From: a virus
Strand: one strand, 5' to 3'
Virus record (IMG/VR): IMGVR_UViG_3300006329_000001
Location: 1 to 64,000 of that record
Length of the DNA: 64,000 nt
The translations under genes and the position numbers were made by a program. This document shows positions 27,597-37,093 of the stretch, piece by piece. The number at the start of each line of letters is the position of its first letter. Within the stretch, counting starts at the first letter, position 1. The notes below the pieces were generated by a model, which was given only the letters and a program-made list of their open reading frames with translations, made no database searches and was not told where the DNA came from.

Positions 27597-28263
27597 CGAA
27601 TAATACCTCATTCATATACATGTCTGCAAAGGATTCATCAAACCATTGCTTTAATATACCACGTGTCTTATCGTTTCTCTTCTGCTGTTTACAATACCAG
27701 ATCTGATCATCCAATCTCTTCATAGTATTGACCCACTTGTCATCCTTTTTAGAGTCTAACACACCCTCTTTAAAGAAGGTAAGGTAGTGGAGTATAACAC
27801 AATAGAAGTTTGCTATATCTATCTCCTCTTTCAACCGTGTAAACTTACAGTATGGTGAGAAGATCTCATCACCCCATAGTGGTAATGGTCTCTTATGTTG
27901 AAAGTGATACTCATTACTTACTTCTCTTATACCACTCCAGAAATTATCTGGGACTCCATGCACAGGAGATACATCAACGATAGCAGCAGTGACTTGTTCC
28001 TTACTAGCAACTACATCACACCCAAAAATAGGTAGAGGATAATGAGGATCGGGAAACAATACACAATGTAGTATTCTCATCTCATTAATCTCTGCCAACT
28101 CAAGGTGCATCTTCCTTAAGACAGGTGATTTATACATGGTATTCTTAATTATCAACCCTTCCTTCTTCACCTCATGTAGAGGACACTTTACCTTCTTCAC
28201 GTCAGGTAGATCCTGCATAGCATAGGTTAATAAGACTGCTACATCTTCTACAAAATCACGCAT
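27577..28263 (-). CDS. pcyA: phycocyanobilin:ferredoxin oxidoreductase
   Basis: RKMHLELA, ILHCVLFPDP, LPIFGCDVV, AAIVDVSP, LPLWGDEIFS, YCKQQKRNDKTR. Confidence 0.93.
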   Translation of the reverse strand: MRDFVEDVAVLLTYAMQDLPDVKKVKCPLHEVKKEGLIIKNTMYKSPVLRKMHLELAEINEMRILHCVLFPDPHYPLPIFGCDVVASKEQVTAAIVDVSPVHGVPDNFWSGIREVSNEYHFQHKRPLPLWGDEIFSPYCKFTRLKEEIDIANFYCVILHYLTFFKEGVLDSKKDDKWVNTMKRLDDQIWYCKQQKRNDKTRGILKQWFDESFADMYMNEVLFDEPKIT

Positions 28264-28897
28264 AACTAAAAAAGAATTCCTTTATTATTTGTTCCGACTC
28301 TTCTTTACCGAAGGCACTACCCAGATACCCTGAGATAGGATCTAACTTGATCATATACTTATCAAAGTCATGGTAGTAACTACCATCTTCCCCAGTAGGT
28401 TTTCCTTCGTCTATTAAATGCTTATACCAAATTAGATATGTCTTAAACATTGGTAGAAAATCATCTACCTCTGATGCTTTACAGTATCTAACGTAAATAT
28501 TCTTTGAAAAATGATTACCCTTCTCAAAGAATCTATAATCTTTCTCTGCAAATGGTAGACTGTCTACCTCATACAGATAATTCTCTATTGGATGTTGGAA
28601 ATCAAATACTATTATAACTTTCTTCTCACTAAATCCCATCAAGTCCATACCAAAGCAAGGGATTATCTCGTCTCCTACCTGTGGTGTCTTAGGATATATT
28701 ATATTGTTGTGTATATTAAGATTTTTTCCATCCCATATATCTACATGCCTAGACTTGAGGAAGTATTTACCACTGTATAAGTCAGCAGTTAACTTAACTC
28801 CTTTCTTATTCTCCCACGTTGCATGATTAGATTCAAATGTTAGGTCAGGAAACGCATCAAAGACTGCTGATCTATAACCAGCCCATAAATCAGTCAT
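28256..28897 (-). CDS. pebS: phycoerythrobilin synthase
   Basis: PCFGMDLM.FSEKKVIIVFDFQHP, YRFFE.GNHFSKNI.VRYC, YM..LDP. Confidence 0.92.
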   Translation of the reverse strand: MTDLWAGYRSAVFDAFPDLTFESNHATWENKKGVKLTADLYSGKYFLKSRHVDIWDGKNLNIHNNIIYPKTPQVGDEIIPCFGMDLMGFSEKKVIIVFDFQHPIENYLYEVDSLPFAEKDYRFFEKGNHFSKNIYVRYCKASEVDDFLPMFKTYLIWYKHLIDEGKPTGEDGSYYHDFDKYMIKLDPISGYLGSAFGKEESEQIIKEFFFSYA

Positions 28898-29376
28898 TAT
28901 CCTCTCATATTAGTTTCAATACGACCCTTAATCTGATTCATCTCAGAGTGATCATCATTATTATCTGAGTGGAAGACTTGCTCATACCCACTCTTTTCTA
29001 TTATCTTGTCTCTTATATCCATCTGACGCTTCTCTTTAGCAATACGTCTGAGAAATGCGTAGTAAATTATTTGTGTGAAATAAGCGAAGGGATTCTTTGA
29101 CTTGGCAGGATCAAAGTTATCAATATACTGGACACAATTCTCTACTCCATCAGATATCATGTCCTCTTTATACATGTAGTTGATAAAGTTAGGTCTGTAT
29201 GATAGATGTGTTGCTATCTTTAGGAAACATTCAGCAAGATAGTGTGTGATCCTCGGTTTATCTTTATCTAAACGACGAGCTTCATCAACAGCCGCACGAT
29301 ACGCAGTTATCTCAGCTAAAAATTTCTTATTATCAACGTAATGTTGTTTTTGTTTCCTTGCCACCTTTCTTGCCAT
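28897..29376 (-). CDS. gp55: late-transcription sigma factor
   Basis: HYVDNKKF, FLKIATHLSYRPNFINY, NPFAYFTQIIYYAFLRRI. Confidence 0.97.
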   Translation of the reverse strand: MARKVARKQKQHYVDNKKFLAEITAYRAAVDEARRLDKDKPRITHYLAECFLKIATHLSYRPNFINYMYKEDMISDGVENCVQYIDNFDPAKSKNPFAYFTQIIYYAFLRRIAKEKRQMDIRDKIIEKSGYEQVFHSDNNDDHSEMNQIKGRIETNMRG

Positions 29377-29397
29377 ATCCTTATCTCACCTGAATTC

Positions 29398-29426
29398 ATT
29401 CTATAGCATTGTTTACTTCTTGTCAA
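29398..29426 (-). promoter_or_regulatory. sigma70-type promoter of the gp55-pebS-pcyA unit
   Basis: TTGACA-17 nt-TAGAAT. Confidence 0.8.
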
Positions 29427-29856
29427 TGTTTGTACGTTTCCAGAAGTCTTCTAATTGGCCTCTGAAGTTTGATACTTTACCGACAAGTCCCATATTTTTA
29501 TTGATTTGAATCTCCACCTCAGAATTGTTACCACCCTTCTCTTTTCTTACCCACATTTTATACATGAGTACAGACTCCATAGACATAGGTGCCACAGTGA
29601 CAACATCATCTTCATTAACCATATAGAATTCTTCATCAGAAAACATCATCCATTTCAGAAGACCGACTGCCATACCAGCTTGACCATCCTTTTCAACAGG
29701 ATGATTGTGTGGACATGCAGGGTCTTGTATATAAAAGACCGTTTTGTCTGGTGCATTCTCTTCTTTGGTAGCGATCATGGATCCAAGAATGGTTTCCCCT
29801 GACTTCAGTTTGACAACACCGAAGAATTCTTGTTCATGTCTGATATAATTGATCAT
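29413..29856 (-). CDS. conserved hypothetical protein between uvsW and gp55
   Basis: FFGVVKLKSGETI...KWM motif and conserved position. Confidence 0.8.
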   Translation of the reverse strand: MINYIRHEQEFFGVVKLKSGETILGSMIATKEENAPDKTVFYIQDPACPHNHPVEKDGQAGMAVGLLKWMMFSDEEFYMVNEDDVVTVAPMSMESVLMYKMWVRKEKGGNNSEVEIQINKNMGLVGKVSNFRGQLEDFWKRTNIDKK

Positions 29857-31310
29857 CTCTTAAGGTTGACTTTGGTTATTTCATAATCGAAACTCTCTTC
29901 ATCATATATCTTGATCCTTTCGGCAAGATGACGAAGTGTATAGTTGTATTGATGATCCTTGGAGCAGTCATCAGCAATGTCATACAACGTTGCCTGTGCT
30001 TTGTTATCACCCTTCCTTAATACCCTTCCAATAGACTGGAGATTTCTCACCCTAGACTTGCTAGGAGATGCGAAGATAACATTATGTAGATTCTTAATGT
30101 TAATACCAGTTGAGAAGGTTCCATACGATGCTAATATTATAGCATCTTTTTCACGTTCGCATATAGCACGTGCTTCTTCCCTCTCGACAGCATCAACACC
30201 GCCATGTATGAAAAAGATCTTTCGATCTTTACTTACCTTATTATTTATCATTTCCCATAAAGGTTCTCCGTGCTTCTCTATGTAATTAAAGAGGACTAGT
30301 GTGTTACCCTTTAGATCTTGTGCTAGATTACAGATAAAGTTACTACGTCTGGTGTGCATGCATAAGTAATCCATCTCCTGTTGATAGTGATCAAAGGGCA
30401 CCCAACCATGTCGAAGTAGTACAACCCGCACCTTAAGTGGTGTTAGGTGTCCCTTCTTCATCAAGTCAGCTGTCTTGGTTACCGTATCAACCCTACCAAA
30501 CAATCCTTCTAGTACCAGTTGGTGTGCTTCCATACCATCTAACGTACCAGTTAATCCTACCTTATACTTCGCATCATAGCACTTCGTAAGGATGCTCGTG
30601 AGTGATTTAGCTTTATAAAGATGTGCTTCATCCCCGATAACGACATCAAAACGTTCAAAGAACTTCTTGGATTCCTTGTAAATGCTCTGCCAAGTTGATA
30701 TAATGACAGGATTCTCGACATATTTCTCTTCACCTGCACTGATCTTATGAACTTCCCTGACATTCCAACCATAATCTATAAAATCCTTATACAATTGTTC
30801 TACAAGAGAGACAGTAGGAACAATAATTAATATCTCCCTCTTCTTAAGTAGGTGCCAACGCACCAATGCATATATTATTAACGATTTTCCCGAGCCCGTG
30901 GGGGATAGTAAAAGCTTGCGACGAAATTTAATCGCAGAGTAAATTCCCTTGAGTTGGTAATCTCTGATCTTAAAGGGGATCCTAAGAGCACGAATAAAAG
31001 CCGCTGTGCCTTCAGGTGTGACATACTCTTCTACCTCATTAGGTCTTCCAAAGTATTTATCTTTAAGTACCTCATATTCATACCCATGTGTCTCTAGGTA
31101 GTCAGTAAGGTAATCAAATAGACCAACATATATCTCACCAGTACCAGGTGAATACAATCTTATCTTTCCATCCCAGTATCTTCGTTTGACTGCTGGCATA
31201 TACTTAGCACCAGGCACTTCAAACTGAAAATGCTCACTTAATTCTTTATGAAGATGAGGTTCTGCCTCCACCTTGAGGAAGATCTCATTCTTCTTTATGA
31301 TGGTGGTCAT
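29853..31310 (-). CDS. uvsW: SF2 helicase UvsW
   Basis: WDGKIRL, SPTGSGKS, DEAH, GLTGT, QSIGRVLR. Confidence 0.97.
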   Translation of the reverse strand: MTTIIKKNEIFLKVEAEPHLHKELSEHFQFEVPGAKYMPAVKRRYWDGKIRLYSPGTGEIYVGLFDYLTDYLETHGYEYEVLKDKYFGRPNEVEEYVTPEGTAAFIRALRIPFKIRDYQLKGIYSAIKFRRKLLLSPTGSGKSLIIYALVRWHLLKKREILIIVPTVSLVEQLYKDFIDYGWNVREVHKISAGEEKYVENPVIISTWQSIYKESKKFFERFDVVIGDEAHLYKAKSLTSILTKCYDAKYKVGLTGTLDGMEAHQLVLEGLFGRVDTVTKTADLMKKGHLTPLKVRVVLLRHGWVPFDHYQQEMDYLCMHTRRSNFICNLAQDLKGNTLVLFNYIEKHGEPLWEMINNKVSKDRKIFFIHGGVDAVEREEARAICEREKDAIILASYGTFSTGINIKNLHNVIFASPSKSRVRNLQSIGRVLRKGDNKAQATLYDIADDCSKDHQYNYTLRHLAERIKIYDEESFDYEITKVNLKR

Positions 31311-31750
31311 CGAATCCCATAATACTTTACAATTTCGATAGTATTCTTAATAGCAAATCCTCTATTATGGATCTCCTTAAGTATCCTATCAATAGAATTT
31401 ATACAAGTTTCAAGGTAGTCTATTTTCTGCTTAGCTCGGCACACCTCATCGTCACTATCAATGAACATATCAAGATCACCCTTCAATACCTTGAGATCAA
31501 ATGGTTTCTCTGCGTACACATATGATGGTGCCTTCCCATTGTAATATAACCACTTCTCTTTATATAACTTACTATACTTTGTCTGTGCATCAGACATCAT
31601 AAGTTTAAATTGATTATGTAATTGCAAGTATTTTGCATGGAGTCTAGGAGTTTCCATACTATCGTTGGCAAGCAACTCAGGTAACTCTCTGTGATCAAAA
31701 AATGCTTCAGCATCCTTTGCCCATAACTCCTCAATCTTTTCTAAATTCAT
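31307..31750 (-). CDS. uvsY: recombination mediator UvsY
   Basis: LHAKYL, YYNGKA, PFDLKV, NRGFAIKN. Confidence 0.9.
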   Translation of the reverse strand: MNLEKIEELWAKDAEAFFDHRELPELLANDSMETPRLHAKYLQLHNQFKLMMSDAQTKYSKLYKEKWLYYNGKAPSYVYAEKPFDLKVLKGDLDMFIDSDDEVCRAKQKIDYLETCINSIDRILKEIHNRGFAIKNTIEIVKYYGIR

Positions 31751-32370
31751 AGGTAATCACCACAATCATTAACTGTTACATCACATCCATACTGTCCACC
31801 AAATTCTCCTTGAGGAAACGTATTGAATGCTATACTAAACCTATCCACCTCATAGTTTGGTTCCGATCCGTGGATAACATAACTAGGAAACACTATCAAC
31901 CCACCTGGACCTAGTTGAGTAAACAGTTTACAATCCTTATCAGGGTATCCATCAAGATGGAATTGACCCCACTCCCTATCCTTTACAGGATCTATAAAGA
32001 TAGTAGGTGCTCCTTTAGTAAGATAGAATATACCACTGAGATATGACATAGGATGACGATGAAAGTCATGTCTGTCTCCTGTGTTAGCATCAGATCTATT
32101 AGCCCAAGACTTATTAACTACTAATCTATCAGTGTGCCACCTCTCCTTCTTATGAAGAGAGTCAATACACTCTTGAAACCACTTATGAATGGGGAGAAAC
32201 TCCTTTCTATTCTGTATAGCACCACTTGTTCCGACACCAGCAGGTTCATTCTGTCTGGTGAATTGTAATTTCTTTACTTCCTCTAGTGTAATGGTAGTTA
32301 GTTCTTCTGAAGCACGAAACTTGAAGAACCTCACAGGGAATGCAGGACATTCCTCATAATAAATTGTCAT
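31747..32370 (-). CDS. 2OG-Fe(II) oxygenase (TIGR02466-like)
   Basis: HDFHRHPMSYLSGIFY, VFPSYVIH, RFSIAFN. Confidence 0.88.
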   Translation of the reverse strand: MTIYYEECPAFPVRFFKFRASEELTTITLEEVKKLQFTRQNEPAGVGTSGAIQNRKEFLPIHKWFQECIDSLHKKERWHTDRLVVNKSWANRSDANTGDRHDFHRHPMSYLSGIFYLTKGAPTIFIDPVKDREWGQFHLDGYPDKDCKLFTQLGPGGLIVFPSYVIHGSEPNYEVDRFSIAFNTFPQGEFGGQYGCDVTVNDCGDYL

Positions 32371-32925
32371 TTATTCCAACTGCTTATTACGTTTAGTGTC
32401 TTCCTTAGATCTGATCTGATATGCAAGGTATCTGAATGATACAGTTGCCATAGCATACTCTGTACCATCTACTGTAGCATTAAATTCCAATGCATTCAAC
32501 CCTATAGGTATAAGGTCTTCAAATACTACATCAAAGTTATGTTGGAAGTTACTATTCAACACCATTAAAGTAGCATCAGCATATAGATCGTTGTTACCAA
32601 ACAACTGCTGCATCTTTAGCACAAAATCTTTTCTCTCAGTAGTACTATCAGGAGTACCTAGTGCACGGATCCAGTTGTGTAGTATCAAATAGTTTTCTAG
32701 GTTTTCATCTACAAGAAATGACAAAGTTAATGGGTCATATTCAATGAAACCTTCCAATGGTAGTGATCTAAATGGTGTGGACTGCTGCTGAATACTAAGA
32801 TTCATGCTAGGTATGTTAGCAGTCTGACAAAAGTAAGACACCTTTGGATATTTTGCGAGAGCAAACTTGAACCCTATCGGAGATAGGAAGTTTCTATTCT
32901 CTATTTGCTTGTTCCAGGTTGTCAT
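32371..32925 (-). CDS. gp3: tail completion / sheath stabiliser
   Basis: NRNFLSPIGFKF, FCQTANIP, FLVDENLENY..HNW. Confidence 0.9.
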   Translation of the reverse strand: MTTWNKQIENRNFLSPIGFKFALAKYPKVSYFCQTANIPSMNLSIQQQSTPFRSLPLEGFIEYDPLTLSFLVDENLENYLILHNWIRALGTPDSTTERKDFVLKMQQLFGNNDLYADATLMVLNSNFQHNFDVVFEDLIPIGLNALEFNATVDGTEYAMATVSFRYLAYQIRSKEDTKRNKQLE

Positions 32926-33079
32926 ATCTATACGTTAGTCGTTCCCAGATTCCTCTGGCATGATTGTTATGCTCAACTAATTTCTGAGCCCAAATCCTAT
33001 CTTCCAGACTGACTTCCCTGTTAAGTTTAGTTTTACAGGCAATGATTGTCAGTCTAAGTCTATAGTCCTTACTTAACAT
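32894..33079 (-). CDS. small hypothetical protein
   Basis: MLSKDYRLRL...V.LEDRIWA.KL; TATAAATA box at 33079-33086. Confidence 0.65.
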   Translation of the reverse strand: MLSKDYRLRLTIIACKTKLNREVSLEDRIWAQKLVEHNNHARGIWERLTYRYDNLEQANRE

Positions 33080-33081
33080 AT

Positions 33082-33408
33082 TTATATCCTTGGTATATAT
33101 CCTTTATACTTTTGCACTTGTGGTAAAATATCTTCCTCTACTCTCTCTACAATCTTATCTATTATATCAATATCAATGTGCATAAATGGTGGGATGATTC
33201 CTAACATTCTGAGTGTACCATCTAAGAATAAAGCAAGAGTAGTAAAACCTAAGATCATACTAATGATAGTTGCTTCCCTATTATGCTTACGCATCGACTC
33301 TTCATCAATTGCCCTTGCTTCTGCAACTGCAATCTCGACTGCCTGAGCAATCATCCTATCGACCTCCTCCTTTGTATAGGAGATCTTTTTGATCATTTCT
33401 TCGGTCAT
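33082..33408 (-). CDS. membrane protein with coiled coil
   Basis: HNREATIISMILGFTTLALFLDGTLRMLGIIPPF. Confidence 0.75.
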   Translation of the reverse strand: MTEEMIKKISYTKEEVDRMIAQAVEIAVAEARAIDEESMRKHNREATIISMILGFTTLALFLDGTLRMLGIIPPFMHIDIDIIDKIVERVEEDILPQVQKYKGYIPRI

Positions 33409-33423
33409 AAACCCATTGTAGCA

Positions 33424-33588
33424 TTACATCCAATATTCGTCTAGTACGTCAAATGTTCTGTTTAGATAATCATTCGCACCTTTACACTCCCACTCACCCT
33501 TCTCTCCGATCTCACACTTGTAGTGCAATTCTCTTTTGAGTTGCATAAGTCTAGTGGTCATAGCAACTTTGTCCAATCTGCCGTTCAT
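33424..33588 (-). CDS. small hypothetical protein
   Basis: Start moved to MNGRLDK, downstream of the terminator and the CCTAAATA box (33611-33618). Confidence 0.65.
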   Translation of the reverse strand: MNGRLDKVAMTTRLMQLKRELHYKCEIGEKGEWECKGANDYLNRTFDVLDEYWM

Positions 33589-33627
33589 GGCTATACCTAT
33601 TCTACTTAAGTATTTAGGTAAATCCAT

Positions 33628-33653
33628 AAAAAAAGAGACCCCGAAGGGTCTCT
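33628..33653 (-). terminator. terminator after gp23
   Basis: AGAGACCC-TTCG-GGGTCTCT plus T-run. Confidence 0.9.
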
Positions 33654-33676
33654 CTGTCTGTATATCGTAACGATAT

Positions 33677-35044
33677 TTACATTAGGTTTGTTACCTTAAC
33701 ACGTCTGTAATAACGGTTAGCGTTAGCAGTAAGAGCACCTTGACCTTGTGTAAGACCCTCAGCGAATGGGTTTGCAACCATTCCGTAACGAGTCTTAAAG
33801 CCAATTTTAGGTTGGAATGTATCCTGACCTACGGCTCTGACCATCTGTAGAGGCACATAAGGACAATAGAATAGTCCTGCGTCATATGCAGATGATCCCT
33901 TGTATCCAGAAACATAGAAGTGATTGTCACTTACGTTTGCTGAGTAAGGGTCAACGTATACCTTGATACGTCCGTTAAGGGTACCAACTAGAGTAGAAGA
34001 GTTGTCATCTACGTTTCCTAGAGGGTTAACTGCACTAGCTAATCCAGAAGAATAGTCAAGCACACCAGCCATAGAGAGAGCAGATGCCACATCAGCAGAG
34101 CAGATGAGGATGTTGCCCTTCCCACGACGAGTTTCATGCCCGATAGCATTCATGTCTCTTTCGATCTGGAAAAGAAGTCCCTTAAATTTTTCAACTGACC
34201 ATCTACCGTTTGAGTCAACATCTAAGTCGAATACTCCAGCAGTAGCTGTGTTGTTTTGTGCACCTGGGCGAGCGATCTTGTAAACAGTTCTAACAACTTC
34301 TCTGTTGATCTCAGCGAGAACTTCAGTAGAAAGAATGTTTGCAAGCTCAGACTCAGCGTCTAAACCGTGCACTGCTTTCAAGTCTTGAGCAAGCTCTAAA
34401 CTGTACTCTGCCTTTAGGGCTCTTGACTTAGCAGTAACAGTAACCTTCTCAATCGAGAATCCCATCTCGTTGAAGTGGTTAGTACTACCATCACCAAGTG
34501 CTTCAGACTGAGCAGTAGTCATACCTTGACCACCGATTGTGTACTGTCCAGCACCATCGGCAAGTAGACCTGGGTTAGATCCAGTCTGAGTATTAGATGC
34601 TAAACCATTAGCACTGTTCTCAGATGAATGCTCGGTATCAACTTCGTTGAAGAATGTTTCAACTGCACTGTTGTTGATATCTCTGTTTGTGCCTTTTGTG
34701 GATCTCATTGCAAAGATAAGTCCAGTAGGACCTGTCATTGGTTGAACTCCGCAAATGTCGTAAGCGATTAGCTTAGGCATACTACGACGAATTAATGAAA
34801 TTAGAACTGGGTCGAAACCTGCAACAGGACCTGTAGCGGTGCTACCACCTGAGTAACCAGTACCACCAAGTGAGTTGGTAGGTGCTGCTTCAGTAACGAG
34901 ACCACGCTCTTCTTTCAAAAACTTTTCTTGGTTTTCCAAGAGGACTGATGTAACCGCTTTTCTGTAGGTATCCTTAATAGGATCGAGCTCAGAGTGCTCA
35001 AGAATAGGGTTCCACTTCTCTTGGAGTGATTCTGCGTTAAACAT
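33677..35044 (-). CDS. gp23: major capsid protein
   Basis: CGVQPMTGPTGLIFAMR, AKSRALKAEYSLELAQDLKAVHGLDAE, FQPKIGFKTRYG. Confidence 0.99.
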   Translation of the reverse strand: MFNAESLQEKWNPILEHSELDPIKDTYRKAVTSVLLENQEKFLKEERGLVTEAAPTNSLGGTGYSGGSTATGPVAGFDPVLISLIRRSMPKLIAYDICGVQPMTGPTGLIFAMRSTKGTNRDINNSAVETFFNEVDTEHSSENSANGLASNTQTGSNPGLLADGAGQYTIGGQGMTTAQSEALGDGSTNHFNEMGFSIEKVTVTAKSRALKAEYSLELAQDLKAVHGLDAESELANILSTEVLAEINREVVRTVYKIARPGAQNNTATAGVFDLDVDSNGRWSVEKFKGLLFQIERDMNAIGHETRRGKGNILICSADVASALSMAGVLDYSSGLASAVNPLGNVDDNSSTLVGTLNGRIKVYVDPYSANVSDNHFYVSGYKGSSAYDAGLFYCPYVPLQMVRAVGQDTFQPKIGFKTRYGMVANPFAEGLTQGQGALTANANRYYRRVKVTNLM

Positions 35045-35082
35045 TTTGTTAACTGACTCCGTTTAAGAATAGAAATTGTGGA

Positions 35083-36123
35083 TTATTTTGCCCAACGTGC
35101 AATTGCTTGTGAATATGCATCCATAGCACTGCCAGCTTCAGGGGCGTTCTCTACTTGGACATCCTCAGAGACCGTAGTCTTCTCAGGCTTCGTAGAGAAA
35201 TAGGATTCACGTAGTGTAGAAACCTTTGCTTTAAAGGATTCTTCATTTTCAAACTCAACAGCTTCTGCGAGGGAGACTAGTTTCTCCTTCTGAGAGAGAC
35301 TTAAGCCCTCTGCAATCTCTGTCACAATCCCATTCTTAATATAGCCGCCAACTTTCTTAGAAAGTCCAACGTTTTCTTCAATTGATTCGTTGAGTTTAGA
35401 CTCCATGTTATTGAGTTGCTCTTGTAGACCATCTACAAGGTCAACTTTCTCGTCGGGAAGGTCAATGTAATTCTCGACGAAAACTTTTTTAAGACCTGTT
35501 AATACAGACTCACCCATCTCAGCTTTAATACCACTCTCGATCTGTAGAGAATTCTTCTCCATCCACTGACCGACAGCATAAGATAGATAGTCGTCAACTT
35601 TCTCAGAAAGTTCTGTTTTAACTGTCTCAATTTCTTTGTCTAGTGCCTTTGCATAGTCTTCATGCATTCGCTCTAGCTCTTCGTTTAGCTTAGAAACTAC
35701 CGCAGCTTCAAAGATAGTCTTTGCTTTCTCTTTGAATTCTTCTGATAGGTCTTCACCTTCAGTAAGTGCAGCAACGTCAGCAGATAAATCTACTTCGATG
35801 ACGCTTTCTTCAGCAGGGGTTTCAGCAATCACGTCGCCTTCGGGCTCGTGTCCTGCTTTCACATCACCTTTATCAGCGAAAGTCTGAGTAGATGCGGAAG
35901 CATCACTTGGTTTCGTTGTAGGTGCTTGTGCGTTTCCACCAGCGATAGTTTTATACTTGTTACTATCATCTGTTGGTTTGGAATTAAAAGGTGTAGGTCC
36001 ACCTAAATCTTGTACACCACCGAGACTACTACCATCTGCTCCAAGTTTACCTTGGGGTTCTGCTGGCTTTGCTCCTGCGGTTACACTTGATTCATCCAGA
36101 GTTTTAGTATTCTCTTCTGACAT
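35083..36123 (-). CDS. gp22: prohead core scaffold protein
   Basis: LSEEFKEKAKTIFEAAV, KVDDYL.Y...W; TCTAAATA late box at 36162-36169. Confidence 0.93.
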   Translation of the reverse strand: MSEENTKTLDESSVTAGAKPAEPQGKLGADGSSLGGVQDLGGPTPFNSKPTDDSNKYKTIAGGNAQAPTTKPSDASASTQTFADKGDVKAGHEPEGDVIAETPAEESVIEVDLSADVAALTEGEDLSEEFKEKAKTIFEAAVVSKLNEELERMHEDYAKALDKEIETVKTELSEKVDDYLSYAVGQWMEKNSLQIESGIKAEMGESVLTGLKKVFVENYIDLPDEKVDLVDGLQEQLNNMESKLNESIEENVGLSKKVGGYIKNGIVTEIAEGLSLSQKEKLVSLAEAVEFENEESFKAKVSTLRESYFSTKPEKTTVSEDVQVENAPEAGSAMDAYSQAIARWAK

Positions 36124-36180
36124 TGTAGTCTCCGTTACGACAAATTGCGATTGCTATAGATTATTTAGACAAGTTTGATA

Positions 36181-36828
36181 TTACAAACCTTGTAAATACT
36201 GTGAAAATGCGGAAAGTTTTACCTCTTCCATCTGATTTAGTGCAGCATTATCGATTCTTTTCTTAATCTGCTCCACTTTTTGCTCTTGAACTGACCCATT
36301 ATTATAGATCCATTCCTTTCCTTCCATGATTCCATTGACGAAAGCATCGGGTGCGGAAGGGTCTGCCACTATATCAGCAGCAGTTGCGAGCATAAAGTCA
36401 TCCATGACAACTTTAACACCGTCTCTTTCTCTTATAGTACCAAGTCCACGTGATGAAACACCTAACTTGACACCCTCATCAATGAGGTTTTTAGCAATGT
36501 TACCCATTGGTGTATCCAATAGTCTTGCTTTACCCACATAGTTATTACCCTCTTGCTTAAGAGAAGTAATTAGATGTGACACTCTATCTAGGTTGATAGT
36601 AGGACCATCTGGATGACCTAACTCACCAAGAGCACGTCCTTTTTCGATGTACTTCTTGTTGTAGTTAACCGCCTCACGTTGAAGAGTCGAAATGGGATAC
36701 ATCCGACCATTGCGGTTTTTGATTTCGCCCTGCAAAAATACACCCTCGATAAAATGGTTTTTCTTACCATTCTTACCTTCGGTGATTGTTACCTTAGCGG
36801 TTTCAATTTCCTCCCTGATCAGTTTCAT
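36181..36828 (-). CDS. gp21: prohead protease
   Basis: MKLIREE start, NRNGRMY, ALGELGHP, GVSSRG, DIVADPSAPDAFV. Confidence 0.96.
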   Translation of the reverse strand: MKLIREEIETAKVTITEGKNGKKNHFIEGVFLQGEIKNRNGRMYPISTLQREAVNYNKKYIEKGRALGELGHPDGPTINLDRVSHLITSLKQEGNNYVGKARLLDTPMGNIAKNLIDEGVKLGVSSRGLGTIRERDGVKVVMDDFMLATAADIVADPSAPDAFVNGIMEGKEWIYNNGSVQEQKVEQIKKRIDNAALNQMEEVKLSAFSQYLQGL

Positions 36829-37069
36829 CTTTTGGTTCCTCGGTTTCGGTTTCAGTTTCAGCAGATGCTTCGGGTGCTGCATCCTCAGGTTGCTCGGTGT
36901 TTTCAGGACCGTCTTCCTGTGGTTTGAACATGGTTTTACCCAACTCTTTCTTCTGTGTCTCTATGGCATCTAATGCTTTATCATTCATACCTTGGACAAC
37001 ATAATCAGAAAGATCTTTCTTACCCGCAAACAATGCGTTTACGATATCTCTTGCTACATCTGTTGGCAT
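36803..37069 (-). CDS. small acidic prohead core protein (gp67/68 position)
   Basis: Lies between gp20 and gp21; acidic tail; TCTAAATA at 37091-37098. Confidence 0.65.
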   Translation of the reverse strand: MPTDVARDIVNALFAGKKDLSDYVVQGMNDKALDAIETQKKELGKTMFKPQEDGPENTEQPEDAAPEASAETETETEEPKDETDQGGN

Positions 37070-37093
37070 AATGTTACTTATCAATATTACTAT

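Noticed and set aside
36829-36882. ORF-track N-terminal extensions of gp21 (also uvsX, the vWA protein and 25719-26048)
   Set aside because: They overlap upstream genes; downstream starts match family N-termini and coupling patterns
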